This document shows positions 13,123 to 24,459 of a stretch of 64,000 nt of DNA, one piece after another (position 1 is the stretch's first letter; every line of letters begins with the position of its first letter). The stretch covers positions 21,322,913-21,386,912 of the forward strand of contig JBHGNT010000012.1 of the NCBI GenBank assembly GCA_043228905.1. Reading direction: 5' to 3'. The translations under genes and the position numbers were made by a program. Source of the stretch: Azolla caroliniana (taxonomy: Eukaryota > Plantae > Polypodiophyta). A model generated the notes under the pieces. The model did no database searches and was not told the origin of the DNA. It worked only from the letters and a program-made list of their open reading frames with translations.

Positions 13123-13179
13123 GGGTGCCAATACGGGAGAGGGTGTGGAGCAAGCCACCCTCTCGACATGCAAAGAAGG

Positions 13180-14209
13180 AAGACCCGGGATAAGGGTCAG
13201 AGATACGACAAGCTCGAGGAGGATCCTTCACACCAGATCTAGAGACTCCGGCGGTTGGCCCGAGAGCCGGCGTGAGACCTAGATTGATAAACGGTGGCAG
13301 CGAGGGGACGAAGGCGAAATGACAGCGGAGGGGCGGTCTACAAAGATCCTCACACCGATCCGGCGGTCGGCCCAAGTGCCGGTGTGAGTCCAATAAGAGA
13401 GATCGATGGCGGCAAGTGAACGTGACAAGCCGAAGAGGCCGATGTAGAGGTCGAGAAGACGGCAAGCGGTGTTGGCGCGACCTTACACACACCGGTTCTA
13501 GACACTCCGGCGGTCGGCCCGAGAGCCGGCCCGAGACCTAAAGAAAGGAACGGTGGCGGTGGCAAGGCGGGCAACCGAGACGGAAAAAGGGGGAGGTCTG
13601 CGGAGATCCTCGCACCGATTCGGCAGTCGGCCCGAGTGCCGGCGTGAGTCCTATAGGAAAGGACGGTGACGGCAGGTGAACGAGATCGGACGACAGAAAG
13701 CAAAGCGAAAGGAGGTATGATGCCAGCGAGGTGGCCACGAACCGAATACGGACCCGACCGGCAGAGTCGGCAAGACAAAGATCGGACGCGCTTGGTACAC
13801 GAGTCGGTGACCCAAGAAAACGGAGGCCCAAGAAGGATCCTTCACCCTTGTCCGGAGACCCCGGACGTGGCAATGTGAGACCGAGGGTAATGTAAGGTGG
13901 CGGCGAGGGGATGAAGGCGGCAACAAGAGTGGCACCGACTAGCCGAGGCATTACGTGAACGAAGGAGGCCATGCGGGCCGGGATGCGACAAGGGTGATCT
14001 TCCGGTAAGCTGTCAGGAACACTTGGTCAAGGAGCGGCACACAAAGATGCCAGAGCGAGAATACAGGCGTGAAGATGGGTTCTCGGTCCAGGTGATCTCA
14101 CGTAGAAGGCCAGAGAGGGACCCTCCACACTGGTTCCGGAGACCTTGGCAGTTCGGCCGCCGTGGCAACGTAAGACCAAGGAGAAGGTAGGTGGCGGCGA
14201 GGGGATGAA
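13180..14209 (+). repeat. Degenerate GC-rich tandem repeats inside the non-autonomous element
   Basis: CGGC(G/A)GT(C/T)GGCCC.AG.GCCGG..(T/C)GAG.CC recurs near 13248, 13360, 13507 and 13620, with weaker copies near 13850 and 14140. Confidence 0.8.
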
Positions 14210-14836
14210 TGACAGGAATACGCTCCCCTATGCTATGCTCGGCCACAACTGAGACGTCGGATCAATCACAGAAAACAAGGATGTGGGAAGATGTATCTAC
14301 GCACGAAACAATAAAGAAGAGAGTGCACAGGATGTTAACGTGGAAAACCCAAATATGGGAAAAACCACGACAGCCCTCAGACTGCAAACTATCACTATGT
14401 AAAGTAATACAACAATGGGGCATAGAGGCAACGACCTCTTGCTCCCTCGCTTCGCCACCAGGCGGTTACAACAGAGACACAATCTCTGTATATCGCTCTC
14501 TCTCTCTCTCTCTCTCTATTACACCAATAACTCTACATCATCAATTAAGTTTGCCCTAGGTCATATTTATACTAATATGACTTTGGGGCTATTTACAAAT
14601 ATAGCCCCATTGGGTCTCTGGAACATATTTAAATATATGTCCCTTCATCCGGTGAGAGGTTCTCACCGGGCCTGCAATATCCGGATCTCACTGGGTCTTC
14701 CTTGCCGAGTACTCGTCATCTCGTTCTCACCGGGTCTTCTGTTGTCGGGTACTCGTCATCCGGATTCGGCCTCGGCCGAGTTGCTCATCAACACTGTTCT
14801 TCTCACTTCCCATCCTGAGGGACCTGTTTCCTAACA
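14210..14836 (-). mobile_element. Copia-type solo LTR
   Basis: TGACAGGAA...TTCCTAACA termini; 5-bp TSD ATGAA (14205-14209 and 14837-14841); reverse complement resembles the Copia LTR at 39874-40330. Confidence 0.85.
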
Positions 14837-17800
14837 ATGAAGACGATAGAGATCAGTGCCAAGAACGAGAATCCAAACGACGTGGAGGTCGACAGAGGCC
14901 AAGCGGGCCATCACGGGTGCTCCTCGGACGGAGGACACCGCATATCAGACGGAACAAGAAGTGTGCATAGGGCCAACGGAGGAACACGCGCACCACGGGA
15001 TCACGGCGAATGGCCTATCGACGGGTCGAATGGGCCTGTGGGAGGCAAACGCAAAGAAGGAACCAGAGCCGACGGTTCGGACCGGCGAGGCCAACGCACA
15101 ACCGGAATGCGAATTACGGAAGACAGATTCCTCACCGGCCGAAATCTCTCACCCTTCTCCGAACTTGGCACGTACCGGTGGACGTGCGGTTTGGTGGGGG
15201 CAGATGTCGTGAAGATTCCGGGTCATAGTGAGAAATCGGGGAATATCAGAAGAATCGGCAGAGTGCACCATGTGCACTTACCCTTGTAAAAACGTGTGAA
15301 TAATAGGAGTTAAGTCGGGACAGAGGATCCCATGTAATAAGGGATTTATCCCACATTGTTACGCATCCCTCTCCTTGTTCTATAAAACGAAGGGAGCGCC
15401 CTTTGTGAAGGGGTTGCCCGTTTTGAGTTAGGAGGGTATACCGTTAGATTTAGGTTAAGTAGTTTCTTCTTCTTCTTCTTCGTCGTATGGGTCGAGAGTT
15501 TGTGTCTGTTTAGGGTTAGTTTCTACTTGGTCTCCTGTGCAAGACCCCGCTCGGCGCGACGAGCCCGACAGCTCCCCTGATCTGCAGCTTGGCAGCAGAC
15601 TGTTGTTATAAACTAACCTACCTCGGTCTGGCTCGAAGCCGGGAATGTATTCTTTCCCTTATAATATACATACTCGTATCTGTTTGTGCATATTGGTGTA
15701 TTTGGTGGTGTCGAAAGCAGAACCCCTCGCTTCCTGTGCATAAGAGTCGGTGTCGCGTTCACGCTCTCCCTCTCCTTTGTCTCTCTCTCTCTCTCACTCT
15801 CGTGTTCGGTTGCATCCGGGTCATGTCCGGTGTTGGTTTTCTTGGCATCCCTCTTCTCCCTCGTCCGAGACCCCCGTGGTCCTGCCCCTTCTACACGCAT
15901 GCGCGTAATAACGCGACAACGTCTGCACCCATCCTCGTCCAAGGTTTCATCTTTCTCCGCTTCAGAGCAACCTTTTATGGGGATGTCATCGAGGAATGGC
16001 ATGGTGATGTCTGGGATGCAATCTCTCAATACCTTGTTCATTGCATTTACCATGTGGGCTACAAAGTTAGTGCCTCCTTGTGGCAAGGTACACATTTGCA
16101 CTAGGCCGATAGGGGTTCGCATCGTCGTGAAGTCCCTACTCTCCATAGCTAGTTGGAATTGATCATACCTCGAGTATAGATCACCGATTAAATAAATAAA
16201 CCTTCCAGCGAAGGCCTCGGCAAATTCATCAACGCTTGGCCCGACCCCTGCATTTCGAATTGTCACTTGATTAACAAGTTGTAGGTCCTAGATGAAGTGT
16301 AAGGTGTCGTTCTTCTTTGACACAGTGAACCACCAATTCGAGTATGGGGCACTTGATGGCTCAAGGATACCCATCTCATTCTTTTCCTTGAGTAGCTCAA
16401 TCAACTTCGGGATGTGAGCTCTCAGAATTGGGATTGGTTTGATGTTCAATGGTACATGTGGTACAATAAAGATCACCATTCGCTCCACGATCTTAGGGTT
16501 TACGCACCCTATCTCACTCGACAAGAAGGCGAAAGACCTTCAGTGGCTTTCGATCATCCTTCTAAATCTTTACTCCTCCCTAGGCAATAGGAAGCCACCC
16601 CCACCAATCCAGAGCTTCTGTCGTGTCTCATCAGTGAGCCGGTGCCCTATGCCTCGTGGGTCCCACAACCTAGGATGAACCACTACCCCCTTTATCCGAT
16701 CCCAAGTATCGTTAGGCAATGGGGCAGCCACAGGCTTCACCTTCTTGTCCACGGTCTTGTACTTTGTTTGCACCTTGACCGTCCTCGCTTCCTCGATCAA
16801 CCGCCCAAGCTCTTCGATGGCGGTGTACATGTCAACTAAGTTGACTAGAATTACCTTGTCTTCATTGAGGCCCGAAACAACTATCCTCTCCATCTCTCTG
16901 ATAGTGTCATCGAACGAGACTGCCTCCATGGCGCCGCTTATGGTGTCATCTTCCCCCAATAAATTACATTGTTTGAGATACCTTTTGTATCTCTTGGCCC
17001 TAGGCTTATCACTATCACTTAAACTAGTAATTTTACAAGCTCCATTTCCGGAGAACCAAAATTGTTTCCTATTACATTTAATAGTTTTGCAAGGGTTTAG
17101 GGTCTTAGTATGCCTCGGGCTATTGCGGCCCCACTCTTTAATAGCCCGCATCAAAAATCCTCTTGGCTCTCCCCTTTGAGGGAGGCTTGATTGCGCTCAT
17201 GGTTGGGCCTCACCGTAAGGAATTGGACCGAATGCTTCCCATCTTGGCTCTTGACCCTCGTGTTACCCGTTCCTTTGGGTGAACACCTTCGATAGATCGG
17301 CGTCTATCGGTCTTCAAGGGCGTGGTACGTGAAGGCTCGTACAGAGGCGTCGAGAGAGATACAGGGCTCAGAGAGAAAACACTAGCGAGGTTTTGATAGA
17401 CGTGGCGGCGTGAAACTCATAGGTATAGATCGAAACACAGACTCACGCAGCGAAAATAGGCACAATTAAAATATATTACTATGGCAGAAAAGGATTACAG
17501 AACACGGCCTATGGCCGGTGACCTTACGAGTTTATCTACTTCGAATGACTAAGCTAGGGTTTCCGCCTATATTTTCTTCTCCCTTTCTGAGGTACTACTC
17601 CTCGTTTAAATAACTTTTCCCCTAACACACAGCCGAGCCATCGGTGGCCCGTGATACTCGGACTCAGCGTTTGCTAATTTCCTAATTTTACATTTCTGTC
17701 CTCTGGACAACACCTGGCACGCCCGTGGGACAGGACCTTGTCCGTCGGACCCACGACTTACAAAATACTAAAATATTACAAAAATTGCCTTTTAGGCGTG

Positions 17801-19398
17801 ATCCTCATTTCATTCCTCCTTTAAGATGTCGAGGATGCTTTCGGGGTCCGGGGTGGTGGCAGGGTGGTCTGGTTGGACTGTCGGTGCGGGGGGTTGAGTT
17901 TGGTCCGGGGGTGGCATATCTTCTCGGGCGTTCGCCCCGGGTGCGGCCGATTCTTCTGGTGGGGGTGTGGGTTCGTGGCCGCTGGCCTCTCCTTCGACAG
18001 GCTCTGGTACTGTGTGGACGTCCATGGGATATCTGTTGGCCAGGGCAAGTTCCTCCTGTGCCGTGTCCGTGATCTCCTCGCTGGGAGGTTCTTCTTTCTG
18101 CTCTGTGGCCTTTGGAGGGCTGGTGGGGATGGCTGCGAGTCGTTCTCGTTCGAAGGCTTCTGCTTCCAGGCGAAACAACATGTGACCATCATTGAAGTCC
18201 TCCATTATTTGCTCGATTGCCGCGGTGTGAGATTTTGCCAAGGACTGGTAATCCTCGGTTAAATCTGCGCGCAGGTTTTGAATGCTGGCGTCGTCCATTT
18301 TGTAGAAGCCGCGGCCCTCCTTCTGTCGGTTCTCGGCGTTGGCGCGTAAAATATGCAATTCGGCAGCTTGGGCTGCCCATTCGTCTCCTGCGCGACTTAA
18401 TGTTTCCTCGACCTTTTTGGTAAGGTGTTGGCGTTGTTTCTCGAGCAGTATGCGGATGCGTGTCTCATCCATGCCGGGCTGTGCTCGGATGGCTGCTAAT
18501 TCCTGTTTTAAGTCGTCGACCTCGGCCTGAATCTTCTTTGTCCTTAGCTCATAGATGGTCTGACTGTTCTTTGCATCTGTGGTTATGAGCTGGAGAGCCT
18601 GCTCGTAACGCTTGGTGAGTTCTTTGGTGGCCTGCTCCCGTTCTTTTCTGACACGTGGTCCGGATTTGTTCTCGTTCGACGATTCTCTCTTCTTGTAGGG
18701 CGAAGTAGGAATCCGATAAGGCGTCTTTTTGCTCCGAAAGTAGCTTGCATTTGATGAAAAACTCGTCAGCCATCTCTTTCAGGGTCGTACGCTGACTCTG
18801 CAGCTCGGCATTCTCCACGTTCATCCTCTCCTCCCGTTCGCGATTTCTTTCCTCCTGCCGCTAGTTCCAGTCGTGTACGTTGTCGAGCGCGGCCTGTAGG
18901 TCTAGAACCTCCGTCGCTTTCTTCACCACTGTGGCTGCGTATTCCTCCAGCTTGTTTTTGAGTTCGGCTTCCTTGGCCGCAGCTTGCGCTTGTACCCGGC
19001 CTAGTGCTTCGTTCTGCTCGTGTATCCTTTGGTCGGCCTGGGCTCTTATCTCGGCCATCTGCTGTCATGATATGGCAAGACTCGAACCCATGACCTTAGG
19101 TTATATGGGTCGAGCCTCTTGACCATTAGACCATCTATTGTAATACGTAGGATATTATTTTCATTTACATTTTATTATAGGAAATTAGTGTATATTCCAG
19201 ATTTCTCTAGAACATTCTAGAAGCTTCAGGATTACTCCTGAAAACACTATAAAAGAGGGCACTAGGCATTATGTTGAATCAAATTGGTTCAAACTGTCAT
19301 GAACAGTACTGAGGCAGAGAAGGAATTAGTACTAAACGAAGGATTAGTACTATGAGAGGTGTGGAACTTCTTCGAGAGAAGGAAGAAGTGAGCGAGAC

Positions 19399-19448
<50 letters not shown>

Positions 19449-19514
19449 TGATGATAAGAAAGATATTTATTATATGAAGAGAATATACAACGGTGGCTAA
19501 AAGGCTTAAGACTC

Positions 19515-20611
19515 TTGAAGGAGAAGTTCCATGCTTTGGAACAAGAAAACCAACGGTTGCTGGGGGATCTTCAGCAAATCTCCTTAGAAAAGCAGCAAAC
19601 GCAACAACAACATGGGGAACTTGCGTTACGCGTGCAACAACTCGAAGCCACCATCGTAGCGATGCAACAACACGGGCCCGGAACACAAGGGATTCATAAA
19701 GAACCTAAGATTGGCCTTCCCACGAAGTTCAATGGAACGCGATCGCAGTTTAGAGGGTTCCTTAACCAGGTACGATTAGTTATTCAAATGCATCCTTCCC
19801 GATATCCCACCGATGCATCACGAGTGGGTTTAGTAGGCACTTTGTTAAGTGGCTCAACGTTGTCATGGTTCGCTCCACTATTAGAAAAGGAATCTCCGTT
19901 ACTCAACAATTTTGAAGAGTTTCTAGGTGAGTTTAAAGCATGTTTCGGAGATACTGACAGCATCAGGACCGCATAAACAAAATCCGGCGATTACGCCAAG
20001 GTGACCGTCCAGCCTCCGCATACGCTGCAGATTTTCACCTACTTGCCGCCGATATCCCTTGGGATGATCAAGCGTTGATGGAGCAATTCCGTTATGGTTT
20101 ACGCAACGACGTCAAGGATTTACTCTTGACCTTCCCCGAAGAGCCAAAGTCCTTAACAGAAGCAATCAGTTGCGCGGTGAGATGTGACAACCGCCTCTTT
20201 GAGCGACGTTCGGAACGACAGCTACAGATGCCGAGGGCAAGATCAGAGCCCACCTACGCCTCAGTGGTAGCAAGACCTTTTCCGAGGGAGTCATATAATG
20301 CGTCTCCAGCGAATACTCCGACTCCGATGGAGATTGACACTACACGTCGTCGAGGGCCATTATCCGAAAAAGAAAAGCAGTGACGCCGTACAAATCGATT
20401 ATGTCTTTACTGCGGTGGACCAAGACATATCGCAATAAATTGCCCCCATAGGCCAAGAAGACAGGTAAACCAAATAGTCGCTAGTTCTAATTGTACTAAA
20501 TCCGAGTCTATTTCAGTAGGGATATCTGATAGTCCTAATAGTACTAATATCCCAGATCTAGCAAACAAATTTGATGTCCTTAGTCAGTTAGAAGAAGAGT
20601 TAAACGACTAA
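19515..20611 (+). pseudogene. gag: gag of the Tcn1-like element (start deleted)
   Basis: EPKIGLPTKFNGTRSQFRGF, FRYGLRNDVKD, TPMEID and CLYCGGPRHIAINC; ends TAA at 20609-20611. Confidence 0.88.
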
Positions 20612-20651
20612 GTCCAGCCAAAATAGGAGCCGTTTGGTTGGACAGCCCTAG
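20599..20651 (+). promoter_or_regulatory. -1 ribosomal frameshift signal between gag and pol
   Basis: G_TTA_AAC in the gag frame, 6-nt spacer, stem GTCCAGCCAAA/TTTGGTTGGAC; the -1 frame is open into the protease. Confidence 0.8.
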
Positions 20652-23600
20652 ATCTGTGCAACTCATTAGTGGTTCCATTCCCTCTAAGCAAGTTAGTGAT
20701 GTGTTCGTAGCCCAAGTAATAGTTAGTACTAAAAGTACCCCTCCAGTACATGTCCTAACACTCCTAGATTCCGGAGCTAACTCTTGCTTTATGGATAAGA
20801 AATTTGCTCAAACTCATAAGATATCCCTAAGAAAACTCCAGTGTCCAGCCTCTGTAGTAGTCATTGATGGACGTCCCATTGCTTCCGGAAATATCCTAGA
20901 AGAGTCAGAGCCCATTAATATTGTCCTAGATAACTAAGCATGTGTAGTATCATTTAATATTATTAGTATCCCAGAACATCCTATAGTTTTAGGACTACCG
21001 TGGTTCGAGTTACATAACCCTGACATAGATTGGAGAACAAGAGAAATCCGGTGTCGACAAACCCAAGGGTCAACTCAGAAGATGGCAACCATTTCGCTAC
21101 GTCAGTTGCGTAAAGAAGGGCACAAGGAGGAAATGTTCCTCTTTGCAATATCAGTAAACCCCTCCAACACCACTAAAGAAGAATCCACCGTTCAACTTCC
21201 CGAGAAGTATCGCCATTACACCGATGTGTTCGATAAAGTACAAGCCAACACACTTCCTCATCATCGACCGTACGATTGCCCCATCGATTTACAACCAGGA
21301 AAAGAGCTGCCATGGGGACCGATCTACAATTTGTCACCAACCGAGCTGGAAGTCCTTCGGGCCTATATAGAGGAGAATTTGGAAAATGGTTTCATTCGGC
21401 ATTCGAAATCTCCAGCCGGTGCGCCCATTTTCTTCGTCAAGAAAAAAGATGGATCGCTTCGTCTCGTTGTAGATTACCATGGCTTGAATAAGGTTACAAT
21501 CAGGAATAGGTATGCTCTTCCCCTTATCTCAAGTCTTTTAGAACGGATCAATGGTGCCAGGTTCTTCACGAAGATCGACTTACGGGGGAGCATATAACCT
21601 CGTACGGATCCGACCAGGAGACGAATGGAAGACCGCGTTTCGCACCAGATATGGGCACTTCGAGTATATTGTCATGCCGTTCGGCCTCACTAATGCGCCG
21701 ACAGTCTTCCAGCACATGGCTAATGATATATTCCGAGATCTATTGGATGATTGTTTGATCATCTATTTGGATGATCTACTGGTTTATTCAAAGACCCAAG
21801 AAGAACATGATTCTCATGTACTATTAGTACTAAAACGACTTCGAGAACATGGTCTGTATGCAAAGCTAGAAAAATGTAGTTTTAGGTGCAACCAAGTGGA
21901 ATTTCTCGGCTACATCATTTCGTCAGAAGGCATCTCCATGGACCCAGCTAAGGTCAAAACGGTGGTAGAATGGCAGACTCCGCGTTCGGTACGGGATGTG
22001 CAATGCTTCTTAGGCTTTGCCAATTTTTACCGGAAGTTCATAAAAGATTACTCAAAGATCGTTCTACCTCTCACACAACTTACCAGGAAGGGACAACCGT
22101 TCATCTGGTCTGAAGAAACGGACATGGCTTTCGAGAGTCTTAAAAAAGCATTTACATCGACTCCAATTCTAGCTCATGTCGATCCGGAGAAACCATTCAT
22201 TATCGAAGCTGACGCATCGGATTTTGCATTGGGGAGCATTCTATCACAACAGGGGAATGATGAAAAGCTACATCCTGTGGCTTTTCACTCACGCAAGTTT
22301 GATGCCGCCGAAATCAACTACGAAATCCATGATAAGGAGCTATTGGCAATAATGGATTCTTTTATGCAATGGAGGCATTTTCTGGAGGGATCCTCTCATC
22401 CAGTCACCGTATTTAGTGACCACAAGAATCTTGCCTACTTTCAGGATGCTCGTGTGTTGAATCGACGTCAAGCTCGGTGGGCCCACTTCCTCACGCGTTT
22501 CGACTTCAAAATTACATATCGTCCGGGGAGGCACCAAGGGAAGGCAGATGCATTATCACGGCGTTCATATCTAGCACCCCGTCCCGGCGAGCCAACTTTC
22601 GATAACCAAAAACAAGTCATCTTGGGACCGACATGACTACAAGCAACACAAATCTTTGACATGCCTATGGATTCCCGCGTTATCGATACCATACGTGAAG
22701 ACTTGAAGACAGATGCGTTCGCCCAAGCTATACTAGCACAAATTGATCCCTCTCGAGCGTCGTGTTCACAATCGCAACCACCGGGTATGGACTATCGACA
22801 ATTCAAATACCATGATGGATTACTCTTCTTTAAAGAACTTTTGTATGTTCCTAATGGTTCTTGCCGCCTTCGAGTAGTACAAAACTGTCATGACACATAT
22901 ACAGCTGGGCATTTTGGTAGTACTAAAACATTACATTTAGTACAACGATAATTCTGGTGGCCCTGTATGCGACAATTTGTCGAGGATTTTGTTCGGACTT
23001 GTGATACATGTTGCAGAGCAAAAATGCCAAGGCATCATCCATATGGTTTATTAGAACCATTACCAATTCCAAGCAAGCCGTGGCAATCCATTGCTCTAGA
23101 CTTCATCACAGATCTTCCAGTCTCTAAGGGGTTCAATGAGATTCTAACGGTGGTCGATCGATATACGAAGATGGCTCATTTCTTGCCATGTACTAAGGAG
23201 ATCTCTAGTGAAGACACTGCCGAAATTGTCATGCGTGAAGTATGTCGGCATCATGGACTCCCCGATAGTATCATCAGCGACCGTGGACCCCAGTTCGTGT
23301 CAAAATTCTGGAAGCACCTTTTTAACATGCTCAAGGTCACTTGTAACCTCTCTTCCGGCTACCACCCACAAACTGACGGCCAAGCTGAACGAACAAATCA
23401 AACATTGGAGCAGTATCTGTGGTGCTTTCTCAGCTATCATCAGGACGATTGGGCAGATATTCTCCACTTCGCCGAATTTGCCTATAACAACTCTATCCAC
23501 GCATCCACTAAAGTTACGCCATTTTATGCTTGGAGGATCGTTTGGAGCGGTTACGCAAGATACAAGCGGATTTATCTACTCATCTCCAGCAAGCTCAACA

Positions 23601-24132
23601 AACACACAAGGTCTACGCGGATCGTCATCGACTTCCATCTAGTTTTAATATTGGAGATCGGGTGTGGCTACTACGACGACACATCAAGACTACTCGCCCA
23701 TGTGAGAAGTTGGATTATCGGCGATTAGGTCCTTTCCGTATTATTGGAAAGATTAATGATGTTGCTTTTCGTCTCGATCTACCTCCTCAACTTCGGATAC
23801 ATCCGGTGTTTCATAGTTCTCTCTTCGAACCCTACCACGAAAGCACCATCCCAGAACGTCTTATCCAACCTCCACCCCCGATCGAGCTTGAAGATGGGCC
23901 GGAGTACGAGGTTGCCGCCATCCTTGATTCCAAGATTGTTCGCAACAAGCTCTACTATCTACTCGATTGGCTAGGCTATAGTCCCAACGAACGTACTTGG
24001 GAACCGATCGAGAATGTAACCAATGCTCGTGCTCTTCTTGAAGACTTCCATCGTCAATATCCACACAAACCGGGTCCTCAATCCAAGACGACTCGTGACA
24101 CTCGTCGTTTTAAAGGGAGGATAGTGTCATGA
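20602..24132 (+). pseudogene. pol: pol (PR, RT, RH, IN, group I chromodomain) of the Tcn1-like element
   Basis: ORFs 20638-20937, 21082-21597, 21551-22636, 22661-22951, 22967-23728 and 23530-24132; chromodomain EYEVAAILDS...YYLLDWLGYSPNERTWEP. Confidence 0.93.
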
Positions 24133-24420
24133 TATGGCAAGACTCGAACCCATGACCTTAGGTTATATGGGTCGAGCCTCTTGACCATTACACCATCTAT
24201 TGTAATACGTAGGATATTATTTTCATTTACATTTTATTATAGGAAATTAGTGTATATTCCAGATTTCTCTAGAACATTCTAGAAGCTTCAGGATTACTCC
24301 TGAAAACACTATAAAAGAGGGCACTAGGTATTATGTTGAATCAAATTGGTTCAACGTCAGTCTTAAGCCTTTTAGCCACCGTTGTATATTCTCTTCATAT
24401 AATAAATATCTTTCTTATCA

Positions 24421-24459
<39 letters not shown>

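Larger units (their letters stand above)
10916..15918 (+). mobile_element. Non-autonomous, gag-only family X LTR element
   Basis: LTRs 10916-11626 and 15205-15918 (TGTCGT...GCGACA); PBS TGGTGAACCCGACGTGA at 11631-11647; G-rich PPT before 15205; 4-bp TSD ATGT/ACGT; no RT or IN motifs inside. Confidence 0.93.

Noticed and set aside
14282-14836. Solo LTR starting at TGTGGG 14282
   Set aside because: No matching TSD; a start at 14210 gives the ATGAA duplication and a better terminal inverted repeat.
19066-19136. Functional tRNA genes here, at 4061-4130 and at 40462-40650
   Set aside because: A/B boxes are present but acceptor and anticodon stems are incomplete; reported as tRNA-like only.
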